A stretch of DNA of 25,467 bases from a virus (taxonomy: Duplodnaviria > Caudoviricetes): the IMG/VR virus record IMGVR_UViG_3300037309_000028, positions 1 to 25,467 of that record; one strand, 5' to 3'. The position numbers were made by a program, and so were the translations under genes. Position 1 is the first letter of the stretch. Each line of letters opens with the position of its first letter. Below, piece by piece: positions 9,004 to 17,267 of the stretch. Under the pieces are notes generated by a model. That model saw nothing but the letters and a program-made list of their open reading frames with translations. It did no database searches and was not told where the DNA came from.

Positions 9004-9208
9004 GCGGGCGCGTCACGAGGCGACGCGGGATTTCCTGATCGGCGGCAAGAGCTGGTTCCGCCAGATCAGGGCAGGCGACAGGCCCGAGGGCCTGACGGCT
9101 GCGGCGGTGCGCGAGCACACGGCAACAGGCGCGCTGCGCCAGATCGAGGAGTTGAGACATGGCACTGCCGACGACCTTCAAGGGTGCGCGGGTCGCGATC
9201 TATCTTGA
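8990..9208 (+). CDS. Small hypothetical protein in the neck/tail operon
   Basis: 72-aa ORF filling the gap between gp10 and the tail tube gene, overlapping both. Confidence 0.5.
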   Translation: MPRPRRARHEATRDFLIGGKSWFRQIRAGDRPEGLTAAAVREHTATGALRQIEELRHGTADDLQGCAGRDLS

Positions 9209-9605
9209 GACCGCGACGCCCGGCATCTTCGCCCGTCCGTGCGGCCTGACATCGCACGAGATCACGTTCAGCAAGGGCATGAACGAGACGAATGTCGCCG
9301 ACTGCGACGATCCGGACCTGCCGGCCTGGGTGACGCGCGATGTCGAGAACCTGTCGATCACGGTCACGGGCAGCGGCGCGCTGGCGGCCGAGGCGATTGC
9401 GACATGGCAGGCGGCGGCCTACAGCACCAACCCGGTCAATGCGCGCGTCTATATCGGCCTGCCGACCGACACGGTGAACGGCAAGTATTTCGCCGGGCTG
9501 TTCCACCTGACCGAATGGGGCATCACCGGCGAGCGCGGCCAGCAGGCGCAGGTTTCGGTGACGCTGGTCAGCTCTGGCGGCATCACCTACAACGACATCC
9601 CCTGA
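9159..9605 (+). CDS. Major tail tube protein
   Basis: AGGAG SD; PCGLTSHEITFSK...DCDDPDLPAW and FHLTEWGITGERG...VTLVSSG motifs typical of alphaproteobacterial siphovirus tube proteins. Confidence 0.92.
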   Translation: MALPTTFKGARVAIYLETATPGIFARPCGLTSHEITFSKGMNETNVADCDDPDLPAWVTRDVENLSITVTGSGALAAEAIATWQAAAYSTNPVNARVYIGLPTDTVNGKYFAGLFHLTEWGITGERGQQAQVSVTLVSSGGITYNDIP

Positions 9606-9997
9606 TGCATGGCCGGATCGATCTGCTGACGTGGGGCGGGGGCGAGCATGCCTTTGCCCTGAGGATCGGCGAGCTGAGGGCGTTGCAGCAGAAGTGCGAC
9701 GCCGGGCCGGAACGGGTGCTGCGGCGGATCGCCAGCGGCGACTGGCAGGTGGACGACCTGCTGACAGTCATCCGCCTCGGGCTGAAGGGTGGCGGCCTTG
9801 GCGAAAGCGAGGCGTCTCGTCTGGTCGAAGCCGCTGTTCTGACCACATCGCTGATCGACCTGAAGGTCACGGCCCACCTGGTGCTGTCGGCAGCGCTGGT
9901 CGGGGTCAAGGACGATCCGGTGGGGGAGCCGCAGGCCCCGGAAACACCGGGGCCGGGCGATGGGCCTTCAGCGGCTTCTACGGCGCCGGGGCCGTGA
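9605..9997 (+). CDS. Tail assembly chaperone (gpG analogue, GTA-gp10-like)
   Basis: ATG 9605 overlaps the tube stop; WGGGEHAFALRIGELRALQQKCDAGP...IRLGLKGGG motif; lies between tube and tape measure genes. Confidence 0.88.
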   Translation: MHGRIDLLTWGGGEHAFALRIGELRALQQKCDAGPERVLRRIASGDWQVDDLLTVIRLGLKGGGLGESEASRLVEAAVLTTSLIDLKVTAHLVLSAALVGVKDDPVGEPQAPETPGPGDGPSAASTAPGP

Positions 9998-10170
9998 TGG
10001 GATTCACGCCCGGACAGGTGGACGCCATGGGCCTGTGGGAATTCACGGCCTGCTGCGACGGCCTGCGGAAGGCAAACGGCGGCAGCCGGCCGCAAGGTGG
10101 CCCGGCAATGTCGGACGAGGAATACGGCGCACTGGATGATCTGGGTCGCAAGATGGGATGGTTGCAGTAA
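9922..10170 (+). CDS. Tail assembly chaperone C-terminal extension (gpT analogue), probably reached by -1 frameshift
   Basis: Open -1 frame encoding RWAFSGFYGAGAVMGFTPGQVDAMGLWEF; slippery G GGG GAG at 9922-9928; an alternative independent ATG exists at 9997. Confidence 0.75.
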   Translation, partial: GGAAGPGNTGAGRWAFSGFYGAGAVMGFTPGQVDAMGLWEFTACCDGLRKANGGSRPQGGPAMSDEEYGALDDLGRKMGWLQ

Positions 10171-12029
10171 TGCCTACCGACGAACAGCGCCTGCTGGTCA
10201 GGCTGGAAGCATCGACCCGCCAGATGGAAGCCGCGATGGCGCGGGCGACCAAGCTGACGAAGGACCGCGCAGACCAGATCGCGCAGAATTTCGGGCGGGC
10301 GAATGCGCGGGTCACGCAGGGACTGGCGCAGCAGGCCGACAACATCGTGCGGTTCGACCGCGCGGCGCGGTCCGGCGGCCAGGGCATGCAGAACCTGGGC
10401 TTCCAGGTGCAGGATTTCGCGGTGCAGGTCGCCGGCGGCACCGACGCCAGCCGGGCGTTGGCGCAGCAGTTGCCGCAGCTGCTGTCGGGGTTCGGTGGCC
10501 TGGGGCTGGCCATCGGCACGGCGGCAGCGGTGCTGATCCCGCTAGGCAGCGCGCTGCTGGGGGCGGCCGAGGACAGCCAGTCGGCAGCGGATGCGGCCGA
10601 TGGCATGAATGCCAGCCTGAAGGCGCTGCAGGACACCGGCATTCCGGGGTCGATCGATGGCCTGATCGAGCTTCAGCAGAAGTATGGCGAGATCAATGCC
10701 GAAATCCTGCTGCTGATCGCGCGTCAGCGGGAGCTGGCTGTCGAGAACGCCAAGGGCAAAGCGGCGGCGATCATTCCGGCAGTTCAGGCCGAGTTCGGAG
10801 ATTACATCGAAGCGGCCCGAGAGGCACAGGAATTCGGCCGGGTCACGGCGGAAATGAACGCGAATTTCCGCGCGGAAACCGGCCTGAGCGTCGAACAGGT
10901 GCTCCGCTTTGGTGATGCGCTGCGCGAGCTTGCCGCCGCCGCCGGCCCGGAGGAGCAGACAAGGCTGATCGCCGAGATGAACGACCTGCTGGACCAGTCA
11001 ACCATCGCCACCAATGACCTCAAGAGCGCGATGCTGGAAGCGCAGTCAGCCATGGCTCAGGTCAAGGTGCAGGTCGAAGGCGTATTCGAGTCGCTTGGCC
11101 GTGCCATAAATCAGGCCGGCGGTCTGTCCGGCGCCCTGCAGGAGGCTGCGCGCTGGTTCGGCGAGGTGACGCGGGCGCAGCGCGAGACTGCCGCAGCACA
11201 GCGCGACTTGCAGTCGGGCCGCGCCAACAAGATCACGGCGCTGATCTATGGCCAGTACCAGGACAGCCGCCTGCAGGCGCCGGCAGCGCCGGCGGCGCCC
11301 GCCCCGGCACGATCCGGGGGCGGTGGCGGCGGCAGGGGTGCCGGCGGGGGCATGTCCGAGGTTCAGCGCGCACAGAACGATCTGCTGCGCGAGGGCGAGC
11401 GGCTGTTCCAGGCCACCCGGACCGAGGCCGAAAGATACGCGACCGAGCAGAAGAACATCGAGCGGCTGTTCGAGGCCGGGGTGATCGATGCCGACACCTA
11501 CAACCGGGCGATCACCGACCTTGGTGCGCGGATGGGCGAACTGACCGAGGTCGGCAAGGAGATCGAGGGCGCGTTCCAGAACGCCTTCGCGGACCTGGTG
11601 ACGGGCGCGGCCAGCGTCAAGTCGGTGATCGCGGACCTTCTGGACCAGCTGGCGCGGATGGCGGCGAACAGCGCCTTCCAGTCGCTGGTCGGCGGACTTG
11701 GCGGCGGCGGCGGCCTGGGCGGGTTCCTCGGGTCGCTGTTCGGCGGCTTCCGGGCCAATGGCGGCCCGGTGGCGGCCGGGCGCGCGTATGTCGTCGGCGA
11801 GCGCGGCCCTGAGCTGTTCATGCCGCGCACGTCCGGGATGATCGCGCCGAACGGCGGCGGGCAGCGCGGCCCGGTGGCGATCAACATCAACCTGGCCGGG
11901 GCGAACGGCGACATGGAGGTCGCGCGCATTGCCCGCGAGGCGGTGCAGGCCGGCCTGCGCATCTATGACCGGCAGGTGGCGCCGCAGCGCGTCGCTCAGG
12001 CCACCAGAGACCCGCGCGGGCGCGGCTGA
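10170..12029 (+). CDS. Tail tape measure protein
   Basis: ATG 10170 (TAATG overlap); long Ala-rich helical protein; NLGFQVQDFAVQVAGG...QQLPQL and C-terminal RANGGPV...YVVGERGPELF motifs; 619 aa. Confidence 0.95.
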   Translation: MPTDEQRLLVRLEASTRQMEAAMARATKLTKDRADQIAQNFGRANARVTQGLAQQADNIVRFDRAARSGGQGMQNLGFQVQDFAVQVAGGTDASRALAQQLPQLLSGFGGLGLAIGTAAAVLIPLGSALLGAAEDSQSAADAADGMNASLKALQDTGIPGSIDGLIELQQKYGEINAEILLLIARQRELAVENAKGKAAAIIPAVQAEFGDYIEAAREAQEFGRVTAEMNANFRAETGLSVEQVLRFGDALRELAAAAGPEEQTRLIAEMNDLLDQSTIATNDLKSAMLEAQSAMAQVKVQVEGVFESLGRAINQAGGLSGALQEAARWFGEVTRAQRETAAAQRDLQSGRANKITALIYGQYQDSRLQAPAAPAAPAPARSGGGGGGRGAGGGMSEVQRAQNDLLREGERLFQATRTEAERYATEQKNIERLFEAGVIDADTYNRAITDLGARMGELTEVGKEIEGAFQNAFADLVTGAASVKSVIADLLDQLARMAANSAFQSLVGGLGGGGGLGGFLGSLFGGFRANGGPVAAGRAYVVGERGPELFMPRTSGMIAPNGGGQRGPVAININLAGANGDMEVARIAREAVQAGLRIYDRQVAPQRVAQATRDPRGRG

Positions 12030-12679
12030 TGCTGGCATTCCCGCTGCCTGCCGCCGACTTCTGGGGCAAGCTGCATTTCGAGAGGGTCAGCTTCGACCTG
12101 CCGGCCGCAACGCAGTCGTCGCGAACAGCCGGCGGCGAGGTGATCGTGGCCGACATCGGAACGCGGCTGTGGCGGGGCGATGCGATGGTGCTGGCGGCGG
12201 CATCGCCGAAGGTCGAATGGCTGGAGGCGACGCTGGCGCGGCTGGCATCGGCCGGCGCCAGTTTCATGGCCTTCGATCCGCGCAAGACCGGGCCGAAGTG
12301 GGATCGCGGCGCGAAGGTCTGGACGGCATCGCCGGTGATCGCCGCGCTGAATGGGGATGCGCGGCTGATCTCGGTCGGCGGGTTGCCGCTGAACTACGAA
12401 CTGGCGGCCGGCGACATGCTGGGGTTCCAGTACGGATCGCCGGCCCGGCACGCCCTGCACCAGGTCGTCGATGTGGCGGTCCCGGCGCCTTCGGGAACCA
12501 CCGCCCTGCTGGAGGTGGTGCCGCCGATCCGGCCGGGTGCAACCATCGGCGCGGCGGTGACGCTGCACCGCCCGGCCTGCAAGGCGGTGATCGTGCCCGG
12601 CTCGGTCAGTGGCGGCGGCCGGTCGGGCCGCATCATGACCGATGGCATCGCCTTTTCGTGGGTCCAGACGCTGAAATGA
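12029..12679 (+). CDS. Distal tail (Dit)-like protein
   Basis: Directly follows the tape measure gene; SRTAGGEV...RLWRG, LAAGDMLGF and VPPIRPG motifs. Confidence 0.72.
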   Translation: MLAFPLPAADFWGKLHFERVSFDLPAATQSSRTAGGEVIVADIGTRLWRGDAMVLAAASPKVEWLEATLARLASAGASFMAFDPRKTGPKWDRGAKVWTASPVIAALNGDARLISVGGLPLNYELAAGDMLGFQYGSPARHALHQVVDVAVPAPSGTTALLEVVPPIRPGATIGAAVTLHRPACKAVIVPGSVSGGGRSGRIMTDGIAFSWVQTLK

Positions 12680-13263
12680 GAAGCTTCGGAGCCACAACCG
12701 ATGCCGCGCTGGTCGCACGCGGGGCGATTGTGCCGCGCGTGCTGGTCAGGATCACCGGCAAGACGCGGGATACCGGGGCGCCGGTTGCCGTCGGGTTCTG
12801 GAACGACGGGCATGATGTGACGGTCACCATCGATGGCAGCGCGCGGACCTATGCCGGGGCGGGCGGGCTGTTGCGGGTCGATCCCGTGATTGCAGAGATC
12901 GGCCTGACGATCCGCCGGCAGGTCATCGGCATGTCGCCGGTGTCGCCGGAGGTGATCGAGGCCGTGCGGGGTTATGATGCGCGGCTGGCGCAGGTGGAGA
13001 TCCACAGGGGCTTCCTCGATCCGGCCACGCGCGCGTTCCTCGATCCGCCGCACCGGATATTCCTGGGCCAGATCGACCGGATCAGCTTTCCTGCCGGTCC
13101 CGGCGAATCCGTGCTGGAGGTCGAGTGCGAGAGCGCCGCGCGGTTCCTGACCAAGGGGCTGGCCGGCCGATATTCCGACCAGAACCAGCGCCGGCGGTCC
13201 GATGACCGGTTCTTCCGGCATGTGGATGTCAGCGGCGCCATCCCGGTGGTCTGGGGCGACTGA
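12676..13263 (+). CDS. Baseplate hub / minor tail protein (lambda gpL / DUF2163-like)
   Basis: ATG 12676 (ATGA overlap); TYAGAGGLL, IFLGQIDR and YSDQNQRRRSDDRFF...VVWG motifs. Confidence 0.75.
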   Translation: MRSFGATTDAALVARGAIVPRVLVRITGKTRDTGAPVAVGFWNDGHDVTVTIDGSARTYAGAGGLLRVDPVIAEIGLTIRRQVIGMSPVSPEVIEAVRGYDARLAQVEIHRGFLDPATRAFLDPPHRIFLGQIDRISFPAGPGESVLEVECESAARFLTKGLAGRYSDQNQRRRSDDRFFRHVDVSGAIPVVWGD

Positions 13264-13264
13264 G

Positions 13265-13657
13265 ATGCGCAAGGACACCTGGAGGCAGGAGCTGGTGGCC
13301 TACGTCGCCAGTGTCGCGGCGCGGCCGTTCGCACCGGGCGCGCATGACTGTGCACGGTTCGCCGCCGGCGCGGTCGAGGCGATGACCGGTGACCGCCACG
13401 GCGCGGACATCGCCTATGGCAGCCTGGCCGAAGGGCGCCGGGCGCTGAAGGCGGCGGGGCATGGCAGCATGGCGGCATATCTGGCAGCGCGGTTCGAGGA
13501 AGTGCCGGGCGCCTTCGGCCAACCTGGCGACGTGGCGGTGATGAAAGGCCGGGTCGAGGCGCTTGGGATCGTCCAGGGTGAGATGATCTATGTGCTGCGC
13601 GTGGACGGGCTGGGACTGGTGCCGTTGACCGAGGCCGCGCGATGCTTCCGGGTCTGA
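13265..13657 (+). CDS. NlpC/P60-like tail assembly protein (lambda gpK position)
   Basis: PFAPGAHDCARFAAGAVEAMTG and QPGDVAV motifs; ATG 13265. Confidence 0.8.
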   Translation: MRKDTWRQELVAYVASVAARPFAPGAHDCARFAAGAVEAMTGDRHGADIAYGSLAEGRRALKAAGHGSMAAYLAARFEEVPGAFGQPGDVAVMKGRVEALGIVQGEMIYVLRVDGLGLVPLTEAARCFRV

Positions 13658-13659
13658 CG

Positions 13660-15999
13660 GTGCGGCGCAGCAGCAGATGGCTGGCCGGATCGGCGCGCGC
13701 TGCGCTGCTGGCTGTCGCCCTGACCGTCGTCCTGGCGACGCCGGCGCGGGCCGATCCGATCACGGCGGCCATCGGCGCGCTGGTTTCGGGGATCCAGGCT
13801 TTCGCTGCCAGCAGCGCGATTGCCGGGTTCATTGTCCGCACGGCCTTCTCGGTCGGGCTGTCGCTGCTGTCGCGCGCGCTGCAGGGCAAGCCCAGGGCGG
13901 GCGGAATCCGCACGGATGTCACCAGCACCGGCGGGACGGCGCCCGAGCGGTTCATCCTTGGGCGGCACGCGACCGCCGGCCACCTGGCTGCGCCGCCGCG
14001 CAGCTACGGATCGAACAACAGCCATCTGGTCTATGTCGTCGTGCTGGGCACCATGCCCGGCCAGGCGATCAACCGCGTGATCCTGAACGGCGCCTATGTG
14101 ACGCTGGGCGCCACGGTCACGCAGGGGCGCGAGGTCGGCGGCAAGTATGCGGGTCGCGCCTGGGTGAAGGAGCTGACCGGCACGCAGACGGCGGCGGACA
14201 GCTACCTGCTGTCCAATCTCGGGTCGTCGCCGCGCGCCTGGACATCGGACATGATCGGGCGCGGGCTGCACCTCGCCATCTGCACCTTCCGATTCAATCC
14301 GGAAGTATTCCGGGGGGGCCTGCCCAGCGTCGATTTCGAGGTGCTTGGCATCCCGCTGTACGATCCGCGCAAGGACAGCACGGTCGGCGGGTCGGGCGCA
14401 CATCGCTGGGCGAATACCGCGACCTGGGAGCGGACCGAAAACCCGGTGGTGATGATCTACAACATCATGCGCGGGATCACCCTGCCGAGCGGCGATGTCT
14501 GGGGCGGTCTTGCGGCGGGCGCCGACCTGCCGCTGGCCAGCTGGTTTGCGGCGATGAACGCCTGCGATGTCAGCGTCACGCTGGCGGCCGGCGGATCGGA
14601 GGCGACCTACAGGGCCGGACTGGAGGCGTCGGTTGACGAGGAGCCCGCCGACGTCATCGAGCGGCTGCTGGCATCTTGTTCGGGGCAGATGGCCGAGGCC
14701 GGCGGGGTGTGGCGGATCGCGGTCGGACCGCCGGCGCTGCCGGTGATGTTCATCACCGACGATGACCTGATCGACGAGGCGGGCGATCTTTACGAGCCGT
14801 TCCCGGCGCTGAGCGAGACGTGGAACGGGGTGCAGGCCAGCTATGTCGAGCCGTCGGCCCTGTGGGAGGCCAAGGACGCGGCGCCGTGGATCAGCACGTC
14901 CTTCATCACCGAGGATCAGGGGCGGCGGCTGATCGCGTCGCTGTCGCTGCCGGCCGTGTTCAGCCGGCGGCAGGCGCAGCAGCTGAGCAAGGCCTATGTG
15001 AAGGACCAGCGGCGGTTTGCCCGGCATTCGATTGCGCTGCCGCCCGATGCCGCGCGGCTGGAGGTGCTGGACACGATCAGCTGGACCAGTGCCCGCAACG
15101 GCTATGTGGGCAAGACCTTCGAGGTGACGTCGATCACCGACGATCCGATGGGCGCGCAGGTCGGCATCGCGCTGCGCGAGCGGGACCCGAGCGATTACGA
15201 CTGGTCGACGGTAGATGAATCGGATGCGCCGGTTCCCGATACGACCGAGGAAACACCCGGCACGATCACCGCGACCGGGCTGGCCCTGACGGCGATCCGG
15301 GTCAAGGACAGCGGCGGGACCGACCGGCGCCCGGCGATCCGGGTGACATGGACGGCGCCGGGCGTCGATGACATCACCGGCATGCGCTGGCAGCTGCGTC
15401 CGACCGGGCAGACGGACGCGATCACCGGCGAGTGGACCGATCTCGATGCCCTGTCCGGCGTCCTGACGCAAGCCATCGTGGCGGAGCGGGCCTACGAGGT
15501 CCGGATCAGGCCGCGCGCACCGGGTCGGGCGACGGCATGGTCGGCCTGGGCCGGGGTGACGACGCTGGCGCAGCGGTTCGTCCGCGACGATCTGGAAACC
15601 GGCGCGGTGTCGGACATCCTGGAGGCCTATGCGCCGGCCAGCATTCCGGCGCCGGCGTCCGGCGCGAACCTGTTCAACCAGTCACTGGGGGCGACAGAGC
15701 GCGGTGAAATCTGGCTGCGCGCCGTCGTCTTCGAGGCGCGCGCGCCGGGAACATCGTCGATCACGCTGGAGTTGCAACAGCGCCGCGCGGAACTGGGAGG
15801 TGTTCTTTCGGACTGGAACACACTTGACACCTTTTTGGTCGATCAGCCGGCATGGGAGGTCTACGCCGATACCGGGACGCTGGGCGGGTATTATGATGAG
15901 GTCGAATACAGGCTGCGGCTTTTAGCGAACACAGGCGAATATTCTGCCACCAATGTCATCCGGCAGGTCATGTTCAGTGCAATACGGGTGAAGAAGTGA
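13660..15999 (+). CDS. Tail tip / host-specificity protein (gpJ-like central fibre) with an FN3-like domain
   Basis: GIPLYDPRKDSTVGGSGAHRW, ENPVVMIYN, LPLASWFAAMNACD and FN3-like VTWTAP...YEVRIR...WSAW motifs. Start is GTG 13660 or ATG 13642. Confidence 0.9.
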   Translation: MRRSSRWLAGSARAALLAVALTVVLATPARADPITAAIGALVSGIQAFAASSAIAGFIVRTAFSVGLSLLSRALQGKPRAGGIRTDVTSTGGTAPERFILGRHATAGHLAAPPRSYGSNNSHLVYVVVLGTMPGQAINRVILNGAYVTLGATVTQGREVGGKYAGRAWVKELTGTQTAADSYLLSNLGSSPRAWTSDMIGRGLHLAICTFRFNPEVFRGGLPSVDFEVLGIPLYDPRKDSTVGGSGAHRWANTATWERTENPVVMIYNIMRGITLPSGDVWGGLAAGADLPLASWFAAMNACDVSVTLAAGGSEATYRAGLEASVDEEPADVIERLLASCSGQMAEAGGVWRIAVGPPALPVMFITDDDLIDEAGDLYEPFPALSETWNGVQASYVEPSALWEAKDAAPWISTSFITEDQGRRLIASLSLPAVFSRRQAQQLSKAYVKDQRRFARHSIALPPDAARLEVLDTISWTSARNGYVGKTFEVTSITDDPMGAQVGIALRERDPSDYDWSTVDESDAPVPDTTEETPGTITATGLALTAIRVKDSGGTDRRPAIRVTWTAPGVDDITGMRWQLRPTGQTDAITGEWTDLDALSGVLTQAIVAERAYEVRIRPRAPGRATAWSAWAGVTTLAQRFVRDDLETGAVSDILEAYAPASIPAPASGANLFNQSLGATERGEIWLRAVVFEARAPGTSSITLELQQRRAELGGVLSDWNTLDTFLVDQPAWEVYADTGTLGGYYDEVEYRLRLLANTGEYSATNVIRQVMFSAIRVKK

Positions 16000-16367
16000 A
16001 CTGGACCATCCTGTCCGGCGAATATCCGGTGTTGGCGGGTCGCGGCCCGTCGCTGCCACCAGACGCCGTGGAGGTGGACTGGCCGCCGTCGGAGGCGGGG
16101 CGCTGGCGTCTGGTGGCAGGTGCCTGGACGCTGCGGCCAGAACTCGGGACGCCGGTCATTGCCGTTGGCACGGTGTCGCTGGCCAGCTGCCCGTCGGGCA
16201 CGGTTGCCGAGGTGACCGACATATCGGGTCACGAGATCATGGGGACGGTTGCCGAGGCTGGCGGCCTGATCGAGATCACGCTGCCCGATGCCGGGCACTA
16301 TGCCATCGAGTACCTGCCGCCGCTGCCGCATGTCGGCCGCCTGATCCGGGTCACGGTGGATCCATGA
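15996..16367 (+). CDS. Hypothetical tail-associated protein
   Basis: 123 aa; GTGA coupling upstream and ATGA coupling downstream; beta-rich sequence. Confidence 0.72.
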   Translation: MNWTILSGEYPVLAGRGPSLPPDAVEVDWPPSEAGRWRLVAGAWTLRPELGTPVIAVGTVSLASCPSGTVAEVTDISGHEIMGTVAEAGGLIEITLPDAGHYAIEYLPPLPHVGRLIRVTVDP

Positions 16368-16744
16368 CGACCCTGACACGGTCGTCTGCCAGCCTTGCGC
16401 GCCAGGCGGACGAGGCCATGCGCGAGGAGCGCGCCCGGATGAAGGTCTATCGCCGGGCGTTCCGCTGGACGCTGGCGCTGATCCCGTACCAGGGAGGCAC
16501 GGTCCTGTCCGCCGTCGATGCGGTGGTGGCGGCCCTGTCGTCCTACGACCCGCTGCGCATGGCGTGGATCGACGTGGTGCTGTTCGAGCGCCCGCATCCC
16601 GACATCGAGTTGCTGCGGGTACATCCTTCGCTGAACTGGACGCCGGCGCAGATGGACGCGGTGTTCCAGGCCGCGATGAGCAGGGAGGCCGGCGGCAGCC
16701 AGGCGCAGTCCCTGGCCATCCTGGCCCCGCAATTTCCGGCCTGA
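16364..16744 (+). CDS. Hypothetical protein, tail-fibre-associated helical (chaperone-like)
   Basis: FERPHPDIELL...LNWTPAQMDAVFQAA resembles small proteins that follow tail fibre genes; translationally coupled. Confidence 0.68.
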   Translation: MTTLTRSSASLARQADEAMREERARMKVYRRAFRWTLALIPYQGGTVLSAVDAVVAALSSYDPLRMAWIDVVLFERPHPDIELLRVHPSLNWTPAQMDAVFQAAMSREAGGSQAQSLAILAPQFPA

Positions 16745-16754
16745 AAGGACCACC

Positions 16755-17072
16755 ATGAAGACGCTGCGACACAAGCGGGGCGACACGTTCATTGCCGCCT
16801 GCGTCCGCCGGCATCCGGTTACCGGGGCCGTGCTCGACATCACATCTACCACAATCCAGGCGCAAGTCCGGCGCGGGTCCTTCGTGGCGACGCTTTCAGT
16901 CGCCGTAACCAGCGCCGCAGCGGGGGAGTACACGCTGTCGGCGACGGCAGCCCAGACGGCGTCATGGCCCGCCGGCGGCCTGGCAGTCTGCGATGTCCAG
17001 TACAGCGATGCGGGCGTCGTCGCCAGCTCCGACACATTCATGATCGAGATCGTCGAGGACGTGACGCAATGA
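16755..17072 (+). CDS. BppU N-terminal-like (baseplate/fibre adaptor) protein
   Basis: AAGGA SD; KRGDTF...LDITSTTIQAQVR...AAAGEYTL...CDVQY...SDTFMIEIVEDVT pattern. Confidence 0.72.
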   Translation: MKTLRHKRGDTFIAACVRRHPVTGAVLDITSTTIQAQVRRGSFVATLSVAVTSAAAGEYTLSATAAQTASWPAGGLAVCDVQYSDAGVVASSDTFMIEIVEDVTQ

Positions 17073-17266
17073 GTCTGACCGTCACCCTGAACGGCCGGAC
17101 GATCACCGTACCGGAGAGGGCCGTCCAGACTGTTGTCTCGGGTGGGACGACGGTCACGCTGGGGGGCATTCCGGCTGCCCCGCCTTCCGGCAGCACATGG
17201 ATTCTGACCGGCGGCACCTGGTCGGATGCCGGCGAGTGGATCGACACCGAAAGTTGGAGCGACTGA
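17069..17266 (+). CDS. Small structural protein with a Trp-periodic C-terminus
   Basis: ATG 17069 (ATGA overlap); 65 aa ending WILTGGTWSDAGEWIDTESWSD. Confidence 0.7.
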   Translation: MSLTVTLNGRTITVPERAVQTVVSGGTTVTLGGIPAAPPSGSTWILTGGTWSDAGEWIDTESWSD

Positions 17267-17267
17267 C

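Noticed and set aside
11270-11351. Repetitive GC-rich stretch in the tape measure gene
   Set aside because: It is explained by a PAAPAAPAPA/poly-Gly linker; it is not a CRISPR or mobile repeat.
1941-16000. Gene transfer agent (RcGTA-like) cluster
   Set aside because: Some tail genes are GTA-related, but the HNH/cos-type packaging module, longer tape measure, linked lysis cassette and att site point to a temperate phage.
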